60,340 bases of DNA from an uncultured virus (IMG/VR IMGVR_UViG_3300021599_001640) (taxonomy: Duplodnaviria; Heunggongvirae; Uroviricota; Caudoviricetes): the IMG/VR virus record IMGVR_UViG_3300021599_001640. The stretch is one strand, 5' to 3'. The notes beneath the pieces were generated by a model that did not search any database, was not told the DNA's origin, and worked only from the letters and a program-made list of their open reading frames with translations. The position numbers and the translations under genes are program-made. How positions within the stretch are numbered: the first letter of the stretch is position 1; each line of letters starts with the position of its first letter. This document shows positions 13,801 through 22,300 of this stretch, piece by piece.

Positions 13801-14740
13801 TTTTTACGTTGCTATCACTTCTAATGGCGACTTGTATTACTCTTTTGATCTATCTACATGGATTTATAGAGATACCAATCAACCTAATAATTTAAAGGAC
13901 ATTTTACAGGTTCCAACATTAGGTTTAGAGGGAAGATATATTTCTGTAGGATCTGCAGGAACCGCAATTTATAGTGATCCTATTTTCAATAGAGCCACTG
14001 CTATTGGTTATGTTTCTTCAGGAATATTAACTTCCGTCGAAGTTACAAATGGTGGATTTGGTTATCAACAAGATAATGAGCCTCCAGTTTTAGTTGAACC
14101 AGACATTGTTAAGATAGAAACTATTAAATCATTTAAAGTTATCGGTGATTTCGGAACTATTATCGGAATTAATACTTTTGTTGCAGGTACTCCAGGAATA
14201 GGAACAACTTCTCCAAAAATAGAATTTATACTGAAGTCTGAGACTTATGATAATAGTACATTAGGTATTGGGTATTCATCTCTTAATAATTTTGGAGTCG
14301 ATTCCAGTCAACTTTCTAAGGGAGATTATTTCATTATTACTGATAGTAATGTAACTGTTGGACATGCATTAACGGGCATTACTACAAGTTTGGGTGGTAT
14401 GTCTAACTATCCAAACTCCAGAGTTGGTACTGCATATACCTACTTGGATGGAGTTTACAGGGTAGAGTCCGTAACTACCGCTAGTGTTGGAATTGTAACT
14501 GTAAGTTGCAATTTTGCTCCATTAGAATCTCCTGCAGGAAATTACATAGAAGTTTATAAGAGAGGTGAAGATGTAAGTGGTGTTAATACAAATGGATTCT
14601 ACGGAAGATATAGTTGGAGTAAAATATATGATTATCAAAATAGGGCATTAGGAACTCCAGAAGCTTTTGATATTAATACAAATAATGGTTTGACCGGACT
14701 TTCCACAGCACCACAAGTTACTAGAACGATATCAGTCTAA
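1829..14740 (+). CDS. gp7: Giant baseplate wedge initiator, gp7-like multidomain virion protein (4303 aa)
   Basis: Lies between gp6 and gp8. Motifs SQIPEFL, IKDFYRSKGT..SY..LFKILYG and D..YYQ.FSYAIKS...HPSG. Contains a YHYH-like domain (~5497-5830), repeated H.F..G..V.Y domains, G.GY repeats and a C-terminal BNR/beta-propeller-like region (~13070-13980). Confidence 0.85.
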   Translation: MTDIKRVRINDIVESQIPEFLNEESPLFKVFLKSYYNSLDHKSGAIDLVDNIKFYKSVEAFNNNDLVQSTTLNGYIYASDSTINVDSTDSWPEKYGLLKIDDEIITYTEKTATSFIGCIRGFSGIDQIKSTQNSEFLQFQKTEAEEHEDNSIVYNLSNLFLVEFFEKFKYEFVPGFESRSFSEGISSENILTRIKDFYRSKGTNSSYEILFKILYGKDIQIIKPQDYTLVPSSNSYFVTKNILVEKISGGDPTETKGNFLYQNLPGIGTVSASIYNVEYRPIGNKLFYEISLDSTSFSGVFQVSGKTKVLEYTPAGSNSILVDSTIGFSKSGKLLVKPKDSNYIEITYSDKSSNQFLGVSGVTKPLDFSLDIVEEKFAYSYIGVGNTSKVDFRVINVIDSIDFSETSNLKVGDKIRLSGFGKDMSSSYQFSSWIYNVPTNHNIKNVSQVDSDKYRIILYDEVSFYKEQTIKLEDILGNISDATILDVEYPAGDTIKKYTNRILVQVTGSTFNVLDSKILKTLIIKSSHFSNDYSYINIIPSGVQNTYIDFKEQNFYVTSTGLPNYTIEASDTKKTISVVGASSTSLIYCPRHNIQTGESVYYDPGTNSTSGLSTGFYFVTRVDLDNIKLSFSKNDIFSKKYITLNPLTGNLDFIYKSGYQNKIIKNQKIFKKFDLTGRKKIFDDKNKRSTNNKQIGLLSNGVEILSPTLFDENIYYGKLSSIEVTNSGKDYDVVNVPQIIIQDEQGSNAKAHLNLSGEVKSIKVINPGIGYQTKPKITITGGNGSGCVLESNLVKSRITVGFRPSISVDVGSNSITFINNHNLVDGEEIIYNSNGNANIIGLVDKSHYFVGVSSEKIIKLYNTFTDAVDKTNEINITGISSGSHSLETLKNKNTITRVYVKDPGKGYSNRAVRIPSQFTTGETVGINTFDSYIFATKHGFNDGELVTYNHTGTPISGLSTSINYYVKVLDANRFKLSVAGIGTTLSKEDFSNKKYVKFSSVGLGTHIIAYPPITINVETISEIGESSIVTPILQPVVLGSISDVYLEDGGIGYGCTDILNFHRRPLVTVQTVTSECVLKPIILGGSIIDVKIINSGNGYRADSDIVISGDGSFAEIDPIVTNGRVTGVNVLRGGVGYASSNTVLTVVNRGKDAKFLANVNEWKINQVIKLSGQISNEDDGVLFPSKNEDLGLQFINFYAPKKLRYQLDDNFTETNKESPNNKVHSPILGFSYDGYPIYGPYGYDPLVGGTIRLLKTSYELQPDLTPGIRPPGFIAGYFIDDYIFTGSGDLDQYNGRWCKTPQYPNGTYAYFSSITVDPTGKSSPTYPYIIGKYFRGTPIEDNFLQKINQDTDLSSYRITRNIGPYYINSNNSGYDLIDKISDTYKQEFRVKEVQDSGIESAVIFSPGDNYRINDRLLINNKNTSGTGANIVVDSLKGKEIESFMIEDVKIENVTFLFKNDVVVVQTTEPHELSNGEVITITGVSTITASELEGNWKVSVENKTVQLSENITVAASGVTTFIGVKDINGFNVNDVIGIGTEILRIVDISAPRSGFYVNRLANPGIHTIPNHRFYTGEPLLYGPGLGGTSLYFNNVGSGVSIPLLDGQIVYAVNLGKDHIGLSTLGFTTTSGIGTNLNSVEFVNFDYSFSIIGSAHSLTTLYPEIKGSISKHNGIVTTTSSHGLSNNDIVNLSINNRELDEVKILYNPEIRKLTTAKIPFANTDVSIADNTIGIGSAILKTGDKVVYHTEGSTVGGLQNNSTYYILRLNLNRIQLCEYESDIKNSNVIDLTSTGHVSHGFYLINPPLNFVEGSIIKFDLSDPSLLEMDLQFYEDPDFQNTVEVIGNDIDNFVISRTLESPGTFGSYVTLDSSNKQYPKLLYYNLIAKNPLDLRKKEITSDREVKGNNKLTVTKHSLDKSYIVSVPNDTTFTFNLSQKLTKLEEQAYISSNENVTYTTKSKTALGPINSLKINFPGRGYKKLPFVEGIDTQFGENAIIKLKSSKIGRVEDYERIKDGFDYPTDPTLTPSLSVPTVIGIRDILTIDSVGILTGGRGYNTAPTLFVKDNPSIKLKADITGGSVTKVTIVNNSTSLSSPLQISSIYNSNGYDIDNVSVSGNDVTLELLDTNFINVGFGNTQIDFPFAVGDEIFIEGCRLTNSTSSKANFNSKSYGYRFFKITSTSVENKTITYSMSGISTGDFGTYDDTITLGYVVNKKSMPSFEMILNDNVNYLSGERVTSRVFSGNVMEGGWDNELNQLRINDSAGSLIVGDRIFGENSKINGVVEYFDTFNLNSTLGVSRDKVGVIDNAVGILNDFQQRISDNFYYQKFSYAIKSEIPYDSWRESVRSLVHPSGFKEFSDLEIVTEATQPEVQIGISKSTDLRPTVLESASSFLVNVDNKISIGERSNFNLVYEEDFLDDGSVEKVFFNEGIALRNYILNKTNKVVTIDDISSQFDGSSIQTLDGTYADASDLLDGNKAFIQQEVVGFITATYPGIVTSVGWSKTSFTEEIGNVVDAISHDIKYNSNNKSVGQGLDYWSGIGTSYISGITTERLSAYNYITDISKYIINNVGVKTSYQLGTPFAITTSSYNNVTGIQTIRLTPANIVNLNASVGDYVVVKNLVFSCNSGGGISTAIFPNLGAGLDGNGPLSPKGFVYEIIGIGLSTIEINPGISTIDHTYVGGGTVEKAFISTSQYYNFSILADSDCSVSYSSSCCANVQSSIVNYVGIITTIIGLGTASSPEITYPSITRGGVIVGLTTFKLTSNGNPLFKREFSGSDSNVIKIDTDTFIFNNHNFQSGQELIYTYSGTPIGIATTSYTTEIKDILMQVGNYNGTSIYENGYGAAITTSITGISTVLVPAGPTTQLFNDVVGTSTSGGINAVFDVVVSYSATTGQPLSTSISLVSGGKGFAVGQTVSIAGTYFKGSNPTNNLSFVVSSTGPTVIQAAANQTYSNVPSLDVNGATFSVSRNNDGEISSIQVTNGGSGYASTSVISIAGTYIGGSNSNDNVSFTPIVLGSNKLPKSVFVTKLDDSKFKLSGLSTATILNIVGFGTGIHSFEYKEPNTSSIITIDGVIQTPIRSKSLSITLGSPVSSASTTLIQVLTGISSLYTGDIINMNSEYVVVKNIGVAGTDIIKVERGYLGTSAGVHTVGVACTVLTGDYNIVGDVIYFTTAPYGKIGPVGLKTGSIFGGRVFSRQFDPGEPEDKNIILDDISLSFTGIAATEFTAKTKGSTTTALFNNTNSSTNINNNPIILINNVFQRPRTDYDIDGTSENVIKFLTGTPSAGKIVKVGVTTGYGYYPLLGASAVANVSAAGTISSLTLTGSGSGYRLPPTVGIYSTVGSGASITASVSAAGTITGFTIVNAGSGYTTTSIPEVVIGIPTAYSNLGVAYTGGSSGVGQGAKISVTVGQGSSIIDYKIDNPGIGYKVGDILKVPNLLINSGLSTVFQEFRLTVREVQTDKFSGFYPGQFILFDDFSDRFNGFRKKFTLSVTNNNVREILSLKTLAGTDLNLENNLFIYINDILQIPGVSYTFSGSRVLFTEAPKQNSTCTVLYYRGSSIDVEEVTPPPTLKEGDTIIIKENEFDLFDTDQLERIVKKISASDQIDTFTYNSVGIITDPNKNRPLTWIKQEYDRIISGQLYSKSRLSLKSSIRPVAKLIKSVTETDSVIYVDNAFPIFSDVDLLSEDKRNVVISEVKNISAAICTSIVSSSSTISSISVVDGGVGYAYTQNPVISISKSLISRKDPIKDWKPSTGITTGYELNSLIYGNTLVAVGSSSLYATSIDAESWSTGSIGFGGTINFTSVSCGGTNVYMAVGEYGIVSKSLGYGSTVGPWTLINLLEESVVPGLGLITRFPTTYTGTLNDIVYSPNLDSWTAVGAAGSIFGGVGIGSTMLISRFSGTLQNINSITYSPSGLVAVGDNGVILSSANNVIWDSNSSPTSFNLNKVIYVNGNYVVVGDFGVVLKGMNPSSLQLMPVNISENLVDVYYNDFYVAITSNGDLYYSFDLSTWIYRDTNQPNNLKDILQVPTLGLEGRYISVGSAGTAIYSDPIFNRATAIGYVSSGILTSVEVTNGGFGYQQDNEPPVLVEPDIVKIETIKSFKVIGDFGTIIGINTFVAGTPGIGTTSPKIEFILKSETYDNSTLGIGYSSLNNFGVDSSQLSKGDYFIITDSNVTVGHALTGITTSLGGMSNYPNSRVGTAYTYLDGVYRVESVTTASVGIVTVSCNFAPLESPAGNYIEVYKRGEDVSGVNTNGFYGRYSWSKIYDYQNRALGTPEAFDINTNNGLTGLSTAPQVTRTISV

Positions 14741-14747
14741 TTTACAA

Positions 14748-14758
14748 ATAAATAAATA
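14748..14758 (+). promoter_or_regulatory. T4-type late promoter(s), two overlapping ATAAATA, before gp8
   Basis: Intergenic ATAAATAAATA; matches the gp55-type late -10 box. Confidence 0.7.
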
Positions 14759-14775
14759 AAAACCAGTTATTTAAA

Positions 14776-16371
14776 ATGCCTGCTATTATATCAGATCAAT
14801 TTAGAATATTGAATGCTGAAAATTTTGTAAAGAATCTTACTGGTGCAGCTAGTACTACTGATAAGTATTATACATTTATCGGTATGCCTAATGCACTCAA
14901 TCCTCTTGCAGGAGGTAGTCCAACTTGGAATACCAATGTTCCATCTCCTTTGGATGGATTTAAAGAAGAGGCTCAAATAAAAGAATCTATTATAGCAATG
15001 AAACAAATTACATCTCAGGATGTAAGAAGATTGGTTAGAAAAATAGAATGGGTTGCAGGAAATAGTTATGAAATGTATAGACATGATTATAATGTTTATA
15101 ATTTAACTCCTGTAACTAATTCATCTTCTCTTTACCAATCAAATTATTATGTCGTAAATGAAGATCTGAGAGTTTATATCTGTTTACAGAATGGAACTGA
15201 TCCTGAGAACCCTAAAGGAAGACCTTCTTACGATCAACCATCCTTTATTGACTTAGAACCAAGAGCTGCAGGAACTTCTGGAGATGGATATATTTGGAAA
15301 TATCTTTATACAATTAAACCATCCGAAATAGTTAAATTTGATTCTGTTGAATATATTCCAGTTCCAGAAGAATGGGGTCAGTCTGGAGAAAGCATAGCGA
15401 CAAAAAATAATGCTATTGACGGAAAAATTGAAGTAATATTAATCAATAATAGAGGTTCTAATTATCAACCAATTTCCACATCTTTCTCTAATGTCCCTAT
15501 TTTAGGAGATGGTAGTGGAGGAAAAGCTACGATAACTATAGACTCTTTTGGTAAAGTTTCTGAAGTTTTTGTTACTGATGGTGGAAAAGATTATACTTAT
15601 GGTACTATTCAATTTTATCCAGGAGCTCCTGGTTCTCAAGTTGGAGGACCAATTAATAATTTAAGTAATACCGGTATAGGTACGACATCTGTAGCTTCAT
15701 TTAATGTTATTATTCCACCAAAAGGTGGTCATGGATATGATGTTTATCGTGAACTTGGTGCTTATCGAGTTTTATTGTATTCTAGATTTGAAACTTTAGA
15801 AACAAATCCAGACGTAATTCTTGGTAATGATTTTGCTAGAGTTGGAATATTAAAAAATCCAACTATTCCAAATAGTAATGTGGAAGTTCTTAATACTTCA
15901 ATGGTTAGTGGTTTACAATCATTAAAATTATCTGGAGTTACTACAAATACGACCTATGCTGTCGATTCTATAATTAAACAAACAGTAGGTCTTGGATCTA
16001 CTGCTATTGGTTTTGTTGCTTCTTGGGACAATGTAACTGGTGTTTTAAAATATTATCAACCAACTGGATTGGCATCCAGTGAAACTGGATTTAAGATTTT
16101 GAAATTTACTTCAAATCCTGACGCTGGATATGGTACAACAATTAATTGTTCTTCTATTGTAGGTCCTGCTTTATCTATAGATACAAATTTCAACGGTATT
16201 ACTACTACAATAAATAATAAAATATACCAATTAGGGATAGATTTTGTTTCTGGTATAGGTTCTGCCGAATTCAATAAAAAGTCTGGTGAAGTTATCTACA
16301 TAGATAATAGGCAACCAATTCCTAGATCTGCTAGCCAAAAAGAAGATATCAAAGTTGTACTGGAGTTCTAA
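14776..16371 (+). CDS. gp8: Baseplate wedge subunit, T4 gp8-like
   Basis: MPAIISDQFRILNA start; YYVVNEDLRVYICLQNG; DGYIWKYLYTI; C-terminal SGEVIYIDNR..I.R...QKEDIKVVLEF. Confidence 0.92.
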   Translation: MPAIISDQFRILNAENFVKNLTGAASTTDKYYTFIGMPNALNPLAGGSPTWNTNVPSPLDGFKEEAQIKESIIAMKQITSQDVRRLVRKIEWVAGNSYEMYRHDYNVYNLTPVTNSSSLYQSNYYVVNEDLRVYICLQNGTDPENPKGRPSYDQPSFIDLEPRAAGTSGDGYIWKYLYTIKPSEIVKFDSVEYIPVPEEWGQSGESIATKNNAIDGKIEVILINNRGSNYQPISTSFSNVPILGDGSGGKATITIDSFGKVSEVFVTDGGKDYTYGTIQFYPGAPGSQVGGPINNLSNTGIGTTSVASFNVIIPPKGGHGYDVYRELGAYRVLLYSRFETLETNPDVILGNDFARVGILKNPTIPNSNVEVLNTSMVSGLQSLKLSGVTTNTTYAVDSIIKQTVGLGSTAIGFVASWDNVTGVLKYYQPTGLASSETGFKILKFTSNPDAGYGTTINCSSIVGPALSIDTNFNGITTTINNKIYQLGIDFVSGIGSAEFNKKSGEVIYIDNRQPIPRSASQKEDIKVVLEF

Positions 16372-16377
16372 GTTAAC

Positions 16378-19300
16378 ATGGCACAAAATACCAACCTAAA
16401 TGCATCTCCATATTTTGATGATTTTGATGCTACTAAAAATTATCAAAGGGTACTGTTTAAACCAGGAACTCCAATACAGGCTAGAGAACTAACAACTCTA
16501 CAATCTATTCTACAGAGCCAAATAGAAAAGTTTGGTAAGCACTTTTTTAAAGAAGGATCTGTAGTTATTCCTGGACAAATTGCTTACGACCCCGATTATT
16601 TTTACGTTCAAATTGACCCCAGCCACTTAGGTATACCAGTATCTCTTTATATTTCCGAATTAGTAGGAAAATATATAAAAGGCGAGACTAGTGGAGTTAG
16701 AGCTTTAGTACAAGGATATATTACTGATCAAGAGTCTACTAACGGTAACTATACTCTTTATGTAAAATATCAAAGTAGTAGTGAAATAGATTTTTCGACC
16801 AACTCCTTTGTTAATGGTGAAAATTTAATCTTATTGCAAGATCTAGAATACTCTCTTTCTACAATTAGATCGGATTCCACTTTTGCTACAACTATCGTAA
16901 CAGATGCTGTTGGATCTGCTTCTGCTGCTAAAATTGAAAATGGTGTTTATTTTATAAGAGGATTTTTTGTAGATGTTAGTGCTCAATCAATAATTTTAGA
17001 TCAATATTCTAGTTTTCCATCATATAGAGTTGGATTATTAATAAATGAGTCTATTGTTGTAGCTTCTCAACAAAATCCTGATCTATTTGATAATGCTAGG
17101 GGATTCTCTAATTTTGCGGCTCCTGGAGCTGATAGATTTAAGATAACAGCAACTCTAATTAAAAAATCTTTGAATGATTTAAATGATGAAGATTTTATTG
17201 AGTTAATGCGACTTGAAGATGGAATCATTCAAAAGTTCGTTAAAGAAACTAACTCAACATTGATTAGGGATGAATTAGCTAGAAGAACTTATGATGAATC
17301 TGGGGATTATTATATAAATCCGTTTACAGTAAACATAAAAGAATCCCTAAACGACAATATGGGGAATGGTGGAGTATTCGGTGAAGGTCAAATTACGAAA
17401 TCGGGGAATCTTCCATCTGAAGATTTGATGTCTATTCAAATATCCCCAGGTAAAGCTTATGTAAGGGGATATGAAATAGAAACCATCAATACAATTTCGG
17501 TTGATTTAGAAAAAACTAGAACAACTGAAAAAGTACAAAACTCTTCAGTACCCTTTACTTTAGGTAGACAATTAGAACTTAACAATGTTCATGGGTCTGT
17601 GCCAATAGGATTTGATTCTACTTCTACTGTCAAATTTTATTCAAATAGAACAGTTTCGGGTGGAAGTGCATCTGGACTAGAAATTGGTGTTGGTAGAGTA
17701 TATGATTTTAAATTAAAAAGTTCAGAATATGTCAATAATTCAACTGTATATGAAACTTCACTATATGATATTCAGACATATGTTTATTTAAATTTAAATG
17801 CAACTATCACACTTCAAGCACCTGCATTTATTGAAGGCAAAAACAGCAATGCATCTGGATACTTAGTACAAAATGCCACAGAAACGAATCAGTTAATACT
17901 TTATCAAGTTTCTGGTACATTTGCTCAAAATGAAGAAATAAAAATTAATGGTATAGATGCATCTAGAACTATTAAATCCGTAAGAGATTATAGTATTTCC
18001 GATATCAAACAAGTAGTTGGTAACGGTGTTACTTTTAGTGCAGATACTGTTCTTTCCAGGGGAATAGATCTTTCTCCACAAGGTTCTACTTTTACAATTA
18101 CCGGCAGTTCTGGAGGAGTTAGTACAGTAACTACATCAAGTTCAACATTTTATGTTGGTGTTAGTACTGGTGATATAATCTCATACAGTTCTTCAGGAAA
18201 CACTGTACCTACTTATAATAGAGTAAAAGAAGTTGTAGCAACTTCAAATTCTATTATTATTGAGCCTACCACCGATGTTGTGGGAGTTTCTTCTGGATCT
18301 TTACCAGGAAGTACAATAAACACCACTAATCTGATAAAAGTTACTCCTCAGATTTTAAATACAAATCAGGCATACTTATATACAGAATTGGAGTATGACA
18401 ACGTTGCTGAAACTGATCTTACTGGATCTTCTATTGTAATTAGAAAGTCATATTCAGTCACAGTTTCTTCTGGTGGACTAAATCAAGTATTAGAAACTGA
18501 TACTTCTTTAACTTTAGAACCATACGATGAAGAATATTACAACCTTTCTTTTGCGAATGGGGATGTTGAACAACTTAACAATCAAAAACTAACTGTATCG
18601 GGAAGAACTGTAAGTCTGCAAAATATAAGTCAAGACGGACCTGCAAGATTGACCGTCACATTTTTAAAAGAAGATTTAAAACCAAAAAATAAAGTTTATA
18701 ATAGATGTAGTGAACTTATAGTAAGTGGATCATCAAACACTTCTTCTGGTGTAGCCGGAACATCACTAGCTGATGGTTTGACATATAATTCCTTATATGG
18801 AACTAGAGTTCAAGATAAAAATATATGTTTAAATGTACCTGATGTAGAAGAGCTACTGGCTGTTTATGAATCTTCGGATTCTAATGATCCAGATCTGCCA
18901 AGACTTGTTCTAACAAATTTAAATGCAAATATACTTAATTCAATAAAAGGTGAATTAGTTTTTGGACAAGCAAGTAGAGCAGCAGCTAGATTAGTATCCA
19001 ATAATAGTACAAATGAGGTTGAGGTTGTCTTTTTAAATGAAAAAACTTTTGTAACCGGAGAAAGAGTTACATTTAAAGAATCTCAAATAACAGCTATTGT
19101 CTCTTCCTTTGTTCAAGGTGATAGAGATATAACTTCTAGTTTTGTTTTAAATCCAAATCAAAAGCCGGAGTATTCTGATTATTCGTATGTAACAAGAAGA
19201 TCTGATGATTCTCCTCCAACTAAAAAGTTAAAAATAATTTTCAATAATTATACCATTGATTCTAATGATAATGGTCACTTCGTTACTGTAGATTCATACG

Positions 19301-22300
19301 CTAAGGATAGATATACTTCAGATTTACCAATTATTTCAAATATTGCCGCTAGTGATATTATTGATGTAAGACCAAGAGTAGTTCCATTTAACGTTTCTAC
19401 TGCAACTAAATCTCCATTTGAATTTGGATCAAGAGTCTTCACCACCGGTTCAAATTCCAGTCCCTATAATTTTGCAAAAGGTAGATCGATAAATCTAGGT
19501 TATTCATATTATTTGGGAAGAATTGACAAATTGTATTTGAGTAAAGATGGAAAGTTCTTTGTAAATGCTGGAGTACCTTCATTAGAACCAAAAGAACCAA
19601 ATCCTGTAGATAATTGTCTTGAAATATCAACTATAGTCATACCTCCATATGTCTATGATGTTTCAGATGTTAAAAATATTTTATCATCTCATAAGAGATA
19701 TAGAATGAAAGATATTTCCAATTTGGAAGATAGATTGAAAAATGTAGAGTATTATACTTCACTCTCTCTATTGGAAACGGATACCAAAAATTTAACTCTA
19801 CGAGATGAACAAACTCAGTTAGATAGATTTAAATGTGGATTTTTTGTAGACAACTTTAAATCTATTTTTGGTGGTGGGTTAGGAAACCCTGCCTATAAAT
19901 GTAGTATAGACACAGCGAATGGATATTTAAGACCACAACATTATACTACTTCATTAGATCTTCTTTTAGGTTCTGAAGCAGTAATTGGTGTAGGAAATAC
20001 ATCTAATCCTGACGCAGATCTTAGATTTGTAACTGATCTTGGATCCCCAAATACAAAAAAAGTAGGTGATGTAGTTTGTCTGAACTATACAGATGTTGTT
20101 TATTTTAGAAATAATTTTGCAACTAGATCTGAAAATGTAAATCCTTTTGCTGTTGTTAACTGGATTGGATCAATTGATTTGAGTCCAGCTTCCGATACTT
20201 GGGTAGAAACAAGAGTCACCGAAAAAGTTGAAGATCGTGACGGCAACTATCAATCAACTATTGATCAGTTAGGTATAGACAGTAATACTGGACTTTCTCC
20301 AGTCAATTGGGGTGCATGGGAAACAAACTGGACGGGTTCTCGTGAAGCCGGTAGACAAACAGTAGAAACCATAAAAACTGGTAGTACAGTTCTGTCTACA
20401 GATGTTTCTAAAATTCCAAAAAAGAAAAAAAATAACAATAAAAATAAAAACAATAAAGCTAAGAAAAAAGGTAAAGGTAAGTCACTAGTTACCACTACTA
20501 TTGAAGAAGAATTTACAACGTTTGAGAATGTCTCTACAATAACAACTACTAATCAATCTAGAAGTGGTATACAGTATAAAGTTAATGAAAGATGGGACAG
20601 TGTTAATGTAGGAGACAGAGTAGTTTCTACTGACATAATTCATACGATGAGAAGTAGAAACATTGAATTTGTTGCAAGAAGAATGAAACCAAATGGATTA
20701 GTATATCCATTTTTTGATAACGTTGACATGTCATCGTATATAATTCCAAAACTTCTTGAAGTTACCATGGCTTCTGGAACATTCTCTGTAGGAGAAACTG
20801 TAACTGGAGTTTCTGGATCTGTAAGTGTTAGATTTAGATTAGCAAGTCCTAATCACAAATATGGTCCATATAACAGTCCAACACAAACTTATTCGCAAAA
20901 CCCTTATAATACAACTGAAGTAGTACCAACTTCATATTCTACTACATCTACTATTTTGAATGTAGATACCGCTAGTTTAGAGTTACAGTCAAATTCTGCT
21001 TTCTATGGCAATATTATTGTTGGAATGACTCTTACTGGAGCTTCTAGTGGAGCTGTAGCTAATATTACAAATATTAGACTTATTGCTGATAATACTGGCG
21101 CAATAATAGGATCTCTCTTTATTCCAGATCCAACATTACCATCAACTCCTAAGTTCGAAACTGGAACTAAAACCTTTACACTTACATCAAGTAAGACTAA
21201 CGCCACAATAATTGGAACAACAGATAGCACTGCAGAAACAAACTTCTCTTCTTCTGGAACATTAGCTAATGTAGAAAATCTTACAATAAGAACAAGAAAT
21301 GCAGATGTAGAAAGACTTACTCAATCTGATGAAAGAGAAGAATCTGAAACTACTACTGAATTGCAAGCCGCAACTTCTACAGAAGTAGTGACTTCAGAAG
21401 AAGTAGTTAGAACCAGATCAATACAAACTCCTGCAAATCAAAAACCACAAAAGAAACAACCAAAAGCAAATCAAAAACCAGAAAAGAAACAAAAACAACA
21501 ACAAGCTAAGTGTAAAGAGTTAAAAAATAGAGGAAAAAATCAAAAGAGATTTGTTGATCCTTTAGCACAATCTTTTGAAGTAGTAGAAACTAACGGTGTT
21601 TATATCACAAAAGTTGAAGTTTTCTTTAGATCTAAAGATACTACTGGACTCCCTGTTACGATGCAAATTCGTACAATGCAAACTGGTTTACCAACACAAA
21701 CCATAGTACCTTTTGGTGAAATTGTTTTAGATCCGGAACAGGTTAATGTTTCCGATGATGCAAGTGTACCAACAGCTTTTACTTTCCCATCCCCAGTTTA
21801 TTTAGCTCCAGATAGTCAATATTCCGTTGTCTTACTATCAGCATCTAATTCCTACAATGTTTGGATTTCTAGAATGGGTGAAAAAGACATTTCAACCATT
21901 AATAGATCTGAGTCTGAACAGATTATTGTTTCTCAACAACCATTATTAGGATCCCTATTTAAGTCCCAAAACGGAGCAACGTGGGATCCAAGTCAATTGG
22001 AAGATTTAAAACTGGTTGTATATAGAGCGGAATTTTTCAATGGAACTTCTACAGTACGATTCTATAATCCAGATTTGAATATTGGTAATAATCAAATTGC
22101 ATCATTACAAGTCAATCCAATTGAAACAATATCTAAGACTGTTTTAGTTGGTATTGGTAGAAGTCTAACCAATTCTGAAGTTACTACACTGACTCCTGGA
22201 TTAACAATTTTACAGTATGGTAACTCCGGATTTAGTGGAAAACTACGGAATGTTATTGGAGCAATAGGAATTTCTAGTACGTTAACTTTAACTTCTCCTG

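Noticed and set aside
20418..20424. In-phase A_AAA_AAG -1 frameshift heptamer in the VrlC-like gene
   Set aside because: Expected by chance in a poly-Lys tract; no downstream stimulatory structure seen; the -1 frame stops within about 4 codons.
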